Notes under the pieces: generated by a model
Database searches by the model: none
Told to the model about the DNA's origin: nothing
The model's input: only the letters and a program-made list of their open reading frames with translations
Shown here: piece by piece, positions 39,711 to 51,802 of the stretch
Numbering within the stretch: position 1 is the first letter of the stretch
How the letters are laid out: each line of letters opens with the position of its first letter
Assembly (NCBI RefSeq): GCF_006345805.1
Contig: NC_042999.1
Location: 81,034,001-81,098,000, forward strand
Reading direction: 5' to 3'
Length of the DNA stretch: 64,000 nucleotides
Origin: Octopus sinensis
Lineage: Eukaryota
Made by a program: the position numbers and the translations under genes

Positions 39711-41226
39711 ATAGCATCATAATTCTGAAATATCTATAAAGCCGTCGAAACTTGTAAATGTTTATGAATTTTGAATTCCTTTCCTTTGTGTAAGCGGCTC
39801 GTCTCTTCAAAACGTTTCATCCATCTTGTGATAATATGACGATGAAGTGCTTCCTTGCCAAAATTTGAGCGAAAATTTCTCCAAGTTATCGATGGCGTTT
39901 TTTATAGCGACCTCATTTCCCGCTGATGCTGCTATCTTGAAAAACCGTTCCTTTGGTGAACAATTCGAATAAAAAGCGAGATTAGCAATTTTGTCACACA
40001 AAACGTGGGTAGTTAACTTTTCATTTTACATTTGTATTTTTGCAATATATACATTACAACACACATATGCTTCATTTTTGTAACAATCCCTTGATACAAA
40101 ATGATATCAACTCCCTGTGTGTGTATGTGTATGTCATGTGTGTAAGTGTGTGTCTGTATGTATATGCTTGTGTGTATTGGAAAACCAATATATGTATGTT
40201 GTCTTAATCTCATTTAATTCCTTAATTCTTTCTAAAACTTCCGCGTGGGTTCTGATATTCCACACCAATTTAATTAGCAGAATTCCCGCAAATGGCAGTA
40301 TGGAACTACCACCGTGGTAGGTTACTTATTATTGCTTACATTAGCCACATAAAATAAGAGTGATTAGTTGACATGTGTATTCAGGTAAGTCAAGGTTAAT
40401 TGAATGCTTAGTTTGGCCTTCTCTATACGTTATTAGTAAAAATTAAATTATCTTTATCAGCAATTCAAAGACACACACACACACACACACATATGCGTAA
40501 ATATGTATTAGATAATATTAATTCCATTTATAGACAATAATAATAATAATTCTCGATTTTAGTTTTAGCATGATGATATTTCTAACATATGCAGAAACGT
40601 TCTATAGAAGATTTGCTATTCTGTTTTAAAATATTATATTCCTTTTTCAATATGGTGTATACTCAGTAGACTAATACTATCTGGAAGCATATTGCTCGGC
40701 GAAATTAAAAGTTCGGCTCTATTTAAAAACTAAGTCTAAATAAATTGTACATGCGTTATTGCGAAATTGGTACTGCTCAGCATCTTCGAAATAAAGAATG
40801 TAGAAATTGTTGTTGAATATAAGTTTGGGGAAAAGAGAAATTTACTCTGAACTTAAATACTACATAGTTACATTAATGACTTTTCACTTGATTGATTAAA
40901 TATCTGCTTCACTATTCTTTGACTGAGAGCAATTACATCACTTTTAAATGGTAGCTTTCGACAATATTTTCCTATTGGCGGTATACTTCAAAGGAAGTTG
41001 AACACTTTGTTGCAGTCATCTTTATGAAGTCCAACAGATCACAGATCTACTTCAAACGATTGACAACTAGTGTTAATAAACGAATGTTATCGATAAAGAA
41101 AAATGCAGGATAATATGTGGAATCGTGGTACGTAACTGAAATACAGAGCTGCAGGGTTTCGGGTTTTGCAAATCAACTACGTTTAGCATACATTGAGAGC
41201 CGGTGAAAAGGTGATTCAAAGAAAAG

Positions 41227-41295
<69 letters not shown>

Positions 41296-41682
41296 ATATA
41301 AATGGATTCAAATCAAATAACGTGCATAAAATATGTGGCTCATCAAGAAAATTATTATCTTCTCACTTAGTGACAATGATCAAACAAAGGTAATAAGTTG
41401 GGAAAAAAGTCCCATTTTCTAAGCCTGCAATGAAGTACATTTATATTCCTTTATGTTATTCATATCCTAGAGAAATAGCCTAAATGTCATTATTCTAACT
41501 ACAGAAAAATACACTCGCCTAGTTTAACAGAATCGATATATGAAATAGGCAATTCCTGGATGTTGTAGCGGATCAACATTTCGAGATGGACTTATATCAT
41601 ATAGCTAAATGGCACATACAAAATTCACACACACACACGCACGCGCGCACACACATACACACACACACAGACACACACACAC

Positions 41683-41721
41683 AGCATATCCACAGTCCAA
41701 TGACTGAAACAAGTAAAAGAT
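41683..41721 (+). mobile_element. SINE family B 3' tail remnant
   Basis: agcatatccacagtccaatgactgaaacaagtaaaaga matches the tail of the 30467 and 47700 copies. Confidence 0.65.
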
Positions 41722-43159
41722 CCTATAGCTAGGCAATTTATTTTGTGGTGTTAGAACTATGCTCCACTACACCACAAAAGTTGGTGGATTCTCGTCATGA
41801 AGTGAAAAACATTTATTTTTTCTTAAAATCATGTAATTGGCAATTTACAAATGTATGCTCACAAATGATATTACAAACTTGGTACCAGTTCAAAAATACG
41901 TGAGGCGCCTTCGCACCCGTTAGAAAGCCGTTGACTTTATTTTGTTATGGACATTATTCCACGCTGTAGAAAAATAAAATGTCAAAGCAACAATTTTCCT
42001 ACAGCGTGAAATATATACGCTGAATCAGCCTACAGCACCCGCTAACCAGAATGTTGAATTCATGCAATTCAGAATGGTTATCTCCTCCATTGCCACAGAG
42101 ACCGAAAAGTCAGACCACGCTAGATGACAGGAGAAGCAGATCGCTCTTATGATAACTCCGTTATCACTCAATGATTGGTTGCGGTATTCAGCTACTTTCC
42201 GTATATAGCAAACGCACATGTTTACATATCACCATATATCTCAACTGCCAGTTATAGTTTCATTTTCACAAAGAGAGCGAATGAAAGTAGCTACCCCTAT
42301 AACTCACGGTATGTCTGAGAGTGTCTTTATAAAGAGCAACAAACCTCATAACAATTTTTGGGAAACTTTTCACTTCAAATCAGACGTTTTCCTTAAGACA
42401 GAACAACGTCATTCGGTCAGTTAAAGAAGTAATGAATCCCAACTATGGAAACTGGTAGCATTTGAAATTATTACGGTTTTCCTACCTAGAGAGAAGTCGA
42501 GAACACATGCAAGAAGTTTTTGGTGACAGATCCACAACACGCAATCACCGGCCTATAGCATTGTGAGCTACACTTGTCACGAAAGTAATAGTCATTGCAC
42601 ATTCTTGGATATTCTACCGTTCCCAACAAAATAGAACTAGTTACTGCAACAGCTTATGTTCAAAGGGCCGCGACTTTTTAGTATCTGACGTCCAAAGAAG
42701 CGATGTCTTTTTTTGAAATGTTTTGTTGCAAACATCTGTGAGCTTATGATATAAACCTTTGATATTCTCATACCATTAGACTTAATCTTTCGTGCTCTAG
42801 TCATAGTTAAAATTTGTTCATTAATTTATCTCAAACGTTTCCCCAGTATGCTTGCTCCGTATTTTTCTTGTTCGGACAGCTCTTTTGCTTGCCAGCACGC
42901 TTGCTCCATATTCGTATTGTCCGGACAACTCTTCTATCTTTTCGCTGTATGAGTACGACTTCCATTTCTCCTTACGTATCGTCGTTTACAACCACTGAAC
43001 CACTTTACTTTCTGTTTCCATCTCTTTTCTCTCCTATTCATTTCACCCCGACAAAAGTATCATCATCATACGCCCTTCTAAATCTTTTTGGTTCTTTCAC
43101 AAGATAAATTTCTGACACAAGACTGATACAGTGACTATATCATTGGTACAATTCATATC

Positions 43160-43460
43160 TATGAAGCAACATAGTATATCGTCTCCGCACACACCCTTTT
43201 CCCTAAATTTAGCGACTGCGGACTTCCGTCTTTTCTTGAAAGTAAAAATGCAGCTCAAATCTTACCATTTTAACACAGTTGTCGAGATGCAGAACCAATC
43301 CCCTAATGCCCTTGACTCGCTTACGGAAAACAACTTCTAGGCTGTTTTCAAAAGTGACAGGAATGCTTGGACCAGTGTATTTCTGCCGAAAGTGACCATT
43401 TCGAAGGTGATGATGTTAAAACTTAGGTAAATAAACATAACTAGACCGGGAACCTTTTGA
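43160..43460 (+). pseudogene. Mariner transposase C-terminal fragment
   Basis: HTPFSLNLATADFRLFLKVKMQLK is a decayed HPPYSPDLAP.DF.LF..K motif, followed by LDSLTENNF and FEGD. Confidence 0.75.
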
Positions 43461-43816
43461 TGCCATCTAGTATATGCACAAAACAAAACAGGGAATAGAA
43501 ATTAATGGTATTATTTATTCACGATTGCACGTGTTTCATTTGCTAATAGACATTACAAGGTTTTACATTGATAGATATGTAAAGAATTTCGAGTTGAAGT
43601 TCATCCAACAAAAGCTAATTGGATTATGATTATCTACATGGTGTTCTAAACATAAAACTAGCAATCGTATATCTATTTGTACACACGTATTTGTGCCTCG
43701 CTCTCTCTTTCCTTATGTTCTCTCTCTCTCTCTGTATCTATGTATCTATCTATCTATATATATATATATACACACACATATAATATAATATATATATATA
43801 TATATATAATACATAC

Positions 43817-43853
<37 letters not shown>

Positions 43854-43870
43854 TACATATATATATATAT

Positions 43871-43907
43871 GTAATAGTAGGCATAGAGATGAAGGGGGTC
43901 GTGGCGA

Positions 43908-43979
<72 letters not shown>

Positions 43980-44271
43980 AAGAGAGGGAAAGAAAGAGAC
44001 AAAGAAATTAAGGGGGATTTGATAATGTTTTATTAAAAGTACCACCATTATCACCACAAACACCACCGCAACCATCACCATCGAAAGCCACTACCATTTT
44101 TTTATGCACACTACTTCTGATACTACAACTACTAACACCATCACCGCTATCACCGCTGCCGCCGGCACAACTACCACATCAATTTTCTATTATTACCACT
44201 TCAGTTTCCCCACACCGCCACTGCCACTTCTTACACCCGTGTGTCATATACATACACACACAAACACACAC
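43871..44271 (+). repeat. Direct repeat copy 1 (~400 bp including a (GA)n tract)
   Basis: Near-identical to 46396-46768 except for (GA)n length and a c/a substitution. Confidence 0.95.
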
Positions 44272-44349
44272 ATGCCCCAGCATGGCCACAGCTCAAGAGC
44301 TGAAACTGGAAAAACAAACAAACAAAAACATATATATATTATAATATAT

Positions 44350-44381
<32 letters not shown>

Positions 44382-44779
44382 CTTGCATAAATCCAAATCT
44401 ATAAGCAGGCATATGAAAATGATTAAACGGGCAGCTTACTCAAAAGTGCAGAAATGAACATATAGAAGTCACAAATATAATATAACGGTAAATTTCTCTT
44501 TACCCCTCTCCTTAAAAGCAATACGGGTGGTCATTTATAGAGATCGTTAACTGAAGTAAAATAGAGAGAAAAAAAGATGATCTTGGGAGGACAAAAGAGA
44601 ATCGAGTGCAAAAATGCATGAGGGCGAGCCATAGGATCCTTAATTGGCATACTTGCCTGCTAACAACATGACCACGTGACTGACCAGAAATCGGATGTAA
44701 TCTGTTGCTGGTTAGAAGGTGCTTTGCATCATATTAGCATTTGAAGGATGCCTGCATGTTGACTAGGCTCGGACAAGCT

Positions 44780-44823
44780 CGGGAGATTGTAATGGTGAAT
44801 CGGTTTACCATTACCATCTCTCG
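44780..44823 (+). other. 20-bp stem / 4-nt loop hairpin in unique sequence
   Basis: CGGGAGATTGTAATGGTGAA-TCGG-TTTACCATTACCATCTCTCG: 17 Watson-Crick pairs, 2 G-U pairs, 1 mismatch. Confidence 0.6.
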
Positions 44824-45272
44824 GATCACTCTCTTTGTTCTTCTTAGGTGCACATTGTTAGTGAAAAGGCCATGCTGACACTGGAGAGCCAGAAAAAAAT
44901 GGCACAATGAGGCTCAAACTTCGAACATGGGACCACAATAGTACCAACTATAAGCACGCTTGAGCAGAATGCAATGTAACAATAATAAAGATATGTTATA
45001 GCGAAGGTGGGGATAATTTTCGACTTACACTAGTATATATGTGTGAGTGTGTATGAGTGTGTGTGTGTGAGTGTGTGTAGATATATGCAGACATATATTT
45101 ATACATATATATGTATGCGCTCACACATGCACACAAACATACACACACACAAACACAGATACAAACACATACTCACACAAGCACATTCAAGCACATTCTC
45201 ACACCTGTATAAAATTATCTATCTACGTATCAATCTCTCTCTCTCTCTCTATCTTTCTCTCTCTCTCTCTCT

Positions 45273-45313
<41 letters not shown>

Positions 45314-46241
45314 GTTGTAAACTTCAGAGGTATTGTCTCGTACCACGTATGGATTTTGTATTTTTTCCACTGCAATGAAATTTTGCCGGTTGTTAGTCCC
45401 TTAGCCTATTCTCACTAAGCTTGTGAAATAGATTTTTTTGTATTTCTTTCCTGATTAAATAAATGACTTTTCATCTCTATTATCAACTGATTCATTTTTT
45501 TTTTTTAGTATGACAATTGCACGACATGTATATGATGCTTCTTTAAATTTTACCCAGAAGTCAACATATTCAAAGGTTTTGTAAACTCTTTATTGAGGCT
45601 TTCTTTATAACCTCCAAGAAACTTCTTGTAATAGTCAATAGAGTTTTCTACTTGTGACTGATCTTGTTGATTGATCTTGTTGAAGCTAGTGAATACTTTT
45701 TTTTCAATTAAACACTGTTGAACTTAAAAGCTTATATCATAGTTACTGAGTGTCACCGCTGAATCTTTTTTTTTATGAAATGGAAGATACAAAAAATAAT
45801 AAAAGAAGAATCAGTGAAATATTCAGAATCATTTGATACATTATGCGTTACGTTTGAAAACGTTTCATGTTTCTCAAAGTGGATACAATCGCCCTTGGGT
45901 TCCGGTGAAAAATTTTATATAGGTACTGGTCACAAAGGAGGAGGGGGGTGTTCGATAAACGCATCTGTTTCTCACAGTAACTTAGATAGTTGTGTTTTTT
46001 TCTATATCGTTATTAATTTTTAAAGCACACTTAAATATATTAGGATAAAGTGCTTGTAAGATCCAGTAAGAACATCACAAAATATTTATTTAAATTATAA
46101 GAATAAAGCAAATCACAATTTAAAATATACTTTCAAAATTCATAACTATATATTTGCAGGAATTAAAGCAGCCACTGCACATGTAGCGCTAAGTAAACTC
46201 TGGAATCGTATGCGCATATATGCTTATATATACTTTATGTT

Positions 46242-46303
<62 letters not shown>

Positions 46304-46395
46304 TAAATGAGAAAACTAATTTCTGTGAGTCAGTGTGTCACACTTTTGACACCCTCTCTCACTATTCAATAACACTACCTCCTGGCGGGATGAGA

Positions 46396-46436
46396 GTAAT
46401 AGTAGGCATAGAGATGAAGGGGGTCGTGGCGAAGAC

Positions 46437-46472
<36 letters not shown>

Positions 46473-46768
46473 CAAAAGAGAGGGAAAGAAAGAGACAAAG
46501 AAATTAAGGGGGATTTGATAATGTTTTATTAAAAGTACCACCATTATCACCACAAACACCACCGCAACAATCACCATCGAAAGCCACTACCATTTTTTTA
46601 TGCACACTACTTCTGATACTACAACTACTAACACCATCACCGCTATCACCGCTGCCGCCGGCACAACTACCACATCAATTTTCTATTATTACCACTTCAG
46701 TTTCCCCACACCGCCACTGCCACTTCTTACACCCGTGTGTCATATACATACACACACAAACACACACA
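46396..46768 (+). repeat. Direct repeat copy 2
   Basis: Near-identical to 43871-44271. Confidence 0.95.
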
Positions 46769-46882
46769 CGCGCGCACACACGCACACATACACATACACA
46801 CAAATTAAATATATCTAATATAATAAATGTGAATGTCGGTGTGTAACACTTTTTCACATATTCTCCTAGATATGGATATATA

Positions 46883-47300
46883 TCTATTATATAAAATCCG
46901 TTCAGTCTGTCTGTGTGTCTTCTAGGATCTCGGGCATCCTCTATCCGATTGCGCTCAAATTTGATATGTAGATACCGACGGTGAGCTGGCAGAATCGTTA
47001 GCACACCGGGCGAAATGCTTAGCGGTATTTCGTCTGCATTACGTTGTGAGTTCAAATTCCGCCGAGGTCGACTTTGCCTTTCATCCTTTCGGGGTCGATA
47101 AATTAAGTACCAGTTACGCACTGGGGTCGATGTAATCGACTTAATACCTATGTCTGTCCTTGTTTGTCCCCTCTATGTTTAGCCCCTTGTGGGTAATAAA
47201 GAAATAGGTATTAGGGCGTGTATCAAGTCTTGAAAAAAATTTGCAAAATCGGTTCCAGGTGAGAATGCGATCGATAAAGCCGTGGGAACGTGCATTTGTA
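46883..47300 (+). mobile_element. Non-autonomous Helitron-like (DINE/HINE-like) element 5' part, interrupted by a SINE
   Basis: A|TCTATTATATAAAATCCGTTC start followed by GTCTGTCTGT and ccgattgcgctcaaatttgatatg, which resemble Helitron/DINE 5' ends. No clear 3' CTRR end was found. Confidence 0.45.
46977..47206 (+). mobile_element. SINE family A, full-length
   Basis: About 90% identical to 23238-23467 by eye. Confidence 0.92.
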
Positions 47301-47484
47301 AAAATTGTTTTCCTTGGAATAGAAAAGTTTATCTTTATTTCTTCTTTTGCTGGTGTCGCAAATTTAGATTAAATTAGTATTTCTCAAAGAGGAGACCTAT
47401 GGGACGGTCGGACAAGTTGTTTTGAGAACATTTGGTTTAAATGTTTGACAAGTCTGCACCGTCCATTGGACGGGGCGCGTTTTG

Positions 47485-47523
<39 letters not shown>

Positions 47524-47524
47524 T

Positions 47525-47558
<34 letters not shown>

Positions 47559-47598
47559 ATATATATATATATATTATTATATATGTATATATATATAT

Positions 47599-47699
<101 letters not shown>

Positions 47700-47805
47700 A
47701 CCTTTTATTTGTTTCAGTCATTTGACTGACTGCAGCCAACCTGGGGTACCGCCTTGAAGGTTTTTGTCAAACAAATCGCCCCCCGGTATTATTATTTTTC
47801 TAAGC
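47700..47805 (-). mobile_element. SINE family B 3' fragment
   Basis: Reverse complement reads ...cttcaaggcggtaccccaggttggctgcagtc...aaatgactgaaacaaataaaagg. Confidence 0.7.
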
Positions 47806-47915
47806 GTATTGCGTATTAGCACTAGTTGTCAAGCTGTGGGATGGAGGAAAAACGCAGGCATAGAGACACACATAAATATATGCACACACATATATATATA
47901 TATACATATACATAC

Positions 47916-47964
<49 letters not shown>

Positions 47965-48139
47965 AAATATATATATATTATTATATATATATATATATAA
48001 TATATATATATATATATGTTATATATATATATATATATATTGTATATTTAAACATAAAAGTTGCAAATTTACTCCCTGTAGCGAAGGCGTGAGAGATATG
48101 CAATAACTTAACTGTAGAAGGGCTAGTACCTAATTTTGG

Positions 48140-48425
48140 CATTGAGTTTTATGCAAATTCCAGAACTTGCTGCCATTGTGTTGTACCAAAGGTACATTCC
48201 ACTCCATTTATATTCAGGAACAGGTACTGCAATAATCTAGGGTTCGAAGGCGCACAGCTCTTCAATGCCCTGTAACAAACATTAAGAAATCTGCATAAGG
48301 TGTAAGTAGATGTTTTCAAAAAGGAATTAGACATCCGCCACTCTACAATACCGGAAGAACCAACAGCCCAAAATATGGTGTAGACGAGGGTAGCGGAATC
48401 AAACTCCCTTATACACCAAATGGGC
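48140..48425 (+). pseudogene. CR1-type LINE 3' fragment (same family as 59664-61293)
   Basis: YCNNLGFEGAQLFNAL...LRNLHKV.VDVFKKELD...IPEEPT...AESNSL is collinear with the C-terminus of the 59664 LINE. Confidence 0.75.
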
Positions 48426-48979
48426 TAACGGTTGGGACAAAGGCACATACAGTAATGATGTGAAACGCTCCAGAATAAGGAAACCAGAAAGACCACGGTG
48501 GTATTCCAGCCGACAGAAAGGAAGAAAAGAGTAGGTAGGGAAAGGTGATCTAGGGGGGACAATATAAAATGAGGGATATAAAAACCTTAAGTCGGACAAT
48601 AAAGTCATTAACGGATGTAGTTGCCTGTTAACATTCGATCTCATTGGTCAGCTGGCTTTGTATTCAACAAGCCATTTAGTTGGGGCTTAGTTGGTAAATC
48701 ATTTAATCTTCCTCACATATCTTTCTTTTCTTTTCGGAGATATACTGCCCATATGACATCAGGACAGTATTCAAGAGTAATGCAACACTTCGAAAATATC
48801 TCCTTCGAGTAAAACCACCAATACAAAAGAATATGACCAAAGACTGTATGTACTCCATGCCATGCATCTCTGCTGATAAAATGACATTGTCCTTCTTTAG
48901 AGCAGGAGTACGAATATTTGCTCTGCGTCGATTTTCTCTTTAATTCTGGTTGAAAGTGATGAACTCATCATTTATCTTG

Positions 48980-49565
48980 GCTAAATTAACGTTCAAATTA
49001 ACAAGCTAGATTTTGCCTGAAGCAATGATAGATTTTCCCCTGATGTCATCCACCTGCTGCGCTTTTGATCAGGTTCTGAAGATGTGGAACACACCTTCGT
49101 CATGCCAACTTCATTGTGCAGAATATTCTGAACTCTCATGGGTCATATTAATAGAATTGGCTAATTGATTTATAGCCAGTCAATCGTCGGTCATCCGTTA
49201 GCATGTGGACACGATCAATGTTTTCTTTGTTGGTGGCAGTTGTAGGATGTTCAGATATTGTGTTATATGCAAGACTCTCCCTTCTCCTAGATTCTGCGTC
49301 CCTCATTTGCACTGCTTGTTAAAGCTGGATCGTCATCTCATAATGTAACAACCATGTCAACATGAATGCTCTAAGGGCTAAATCCATTCTCCCTACGTAC
49401 TTGATAACACCATGATATCAAATTTTGTCCAATTTCAAAAGAGGTTGCTACCAATAGCATTTGAATTGTTCTTTGAACACCCAGCTAATGCAGTAATTAA
49501 TAAGAGTTGAAATTAATGCATTCAAGATTTCACAGCTCTACCATCACTCCTTTATAGTCAGGCTA
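48980..49565 (-). pseudogene. Mariner 5' region and transposase N-terminus, decayed
   Basis: Minus strand tcatggtgttatcaagtac...ccaacaaagaaaacattgatcgtgtccac...gatgaccgacgattgact matches the 35640 fragment. Confidence 0.7.
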
Positions 49566-49663
49566 TGAACTTTCAGCCCACCATCGTAACCCTACCTACA
49601 GGCGTACATGCATACAGGTCTGTGTGCGTGTGGGCGAAAAGGAGAGAGAGAAAGAGAGAGAGT

Positions 49664-49697
<34 letters not shown>

Positions 49698-51216
49698 GTG
49701 AGAGAGATATAAAGATTAAATGATGATGTGAGTTGTATAATTTAAACAAAAACTGCATCCCAACAGAGATTAGGCAGGGTCCAGTCTTAATCTTCAGTTA
49801 AAGATTATTACATCAGCGCTACTCAGAGACATTCGGTGTAAGAAAGATTTTTCAATCCACGATATTTGTAATGTGAGGATTGGTTACTAAAAATAAGAAT
49901 ATAACTGCATATACCAGACAGTGTAGAATAGTCTAGATTTATTCAGAGTAATAAAGATAAAATTGTCCCCAACAAGCAACACTGTCGATGACAATAATAA
50001 TTGCAATGTACATGTAGTTGCTCTTCCGGTCGTGTAATTCTGTGTCATTTTAATTGAGCTAAACTTTGATGAAAATAAACGAAGCCGTGGCCATCCCAAG
50101 TTTTTAAAATTTCTACAATCGCTAATGTAATTATGCTTTCTATGACTACAAGTATCACCTTCAAGTAAAACATAGCAAGTATAATAACAGAAACAATATT
50201 TTACAAGGAAATTACATCCACTCTTCTATACATCGAGTTCTTTGATTAAAATTGCAGTAATCTTCCATTTGTAAATTTAACAAAAAAAGACAATTTCGCA
50301 CACAATGTAGAATGTTTTCTTTGGCCTCGCTTTCACACAGTGTTTCTAAGAAAAACACACTGCTGTTTTTTTTAAATACGAGTTTTAAATGACCGGCAGC
50401 ATAACACTTGGGGGAACAACTATGACTTCTTATCTTTTTATTGGTATAGCAGTAAAATAATTCGATGTACTGATTTCTCTTTATTTGCAAACAGGTGTGG
50501 AGACATTAACAGAAAGACCACACCCTTAGCCACCCCAAGAATTGCTTAACCGTTTAAGGGGAACAAGTTTGCTTGTAATTCGTTATTGTGTATGTGTTTG
50601 TGTCTGTGTATGTATGAGTGTCTGTTTGTGAGTGTAAGTGTGTTGCTCTTGTGAGTCTGTGCACGCGCGCGTGTGTATGTGTATGTGTATGTATGTATGA
50701 GTGTGTGCATCTGTGTGTGTTCATGTTTTGTAATTGGTTTCAGTTTTAATTTCACAACTTATAATGGAGTCAATTTTGAAATGTTTGATTAACCTCCATA
50801 TTCCGTCCCATCAAGTTCATTTCCCCCCTCTCATTCCCTCTCTTCAGTCGTATTTTCCTATCCAGGAGCTCTGACGACTTTTCATTGTTTCCTTCCTCTC
50901 TCACTCCACTCTCATATCTCTCACACATTTCAGTGCATATTTCCCATTCGTTCATTAGTGACAATCACCTTTAATTTTTTCTCGTTTCTTTTGAAGGTAA
51001 ATGTTCGGAAAGATTATTTAAACATGTTTTCCCCGATGAAACCGCATTAATTGACAATTTATAGTGTCTCTTTATAGAGATAAGTATTTGCCTTAACTTC
51101 TTTATAAATCCCATATTATTTTATGCATATAAATATAGATATGAAAGTAACTATTCAGAAACAATAAAAGTATGTATTCAAATATATTGTTGGTTTTTGT
51201 ATCTAAATTAGAAGCA

Positions 51217-51317
<101 letters not shown>

Positions 51318-51691
51318 TTCTATAAAACCAGTTTGTATGTGTGCGTATGTTCCTTATGCATTCCAAAACCGAGTTGCCTATTTTGACGTAAGGGGTATCA
51401 AATGATTCATTAAGCTTTAGGCAACCAAATAAACTATATTTTCATTCATATATTCGCATTACAACAATTTAGCATTATCACTTTTCTTTTAGTCACCTCT
51501 CCGAAACGACATTTTATATCACTACTACTACAACGATGAGCGTCTTCACGCGTTCGTTACCTACGTTAGGCCGATGAGTGACATGAATGAGCTTGACGGT
51601 GTATGTGTCCGTATACCTACATCTTTGTGACGACTGACACACACATGCACACACACACACACACACACACACCACACACACACACACACAT

Positions 51692-51802
<111 letters not shown>

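Noticed and set aside
44847-44912. Possible terminal exon after a polypyrimidine-AG acceptor (VHIVSEKAMLTLESQKKMAQ*)
   Set aside because: There is no upstream partner exon or recognisable protein, so a lone splice-like signal is insufficient.
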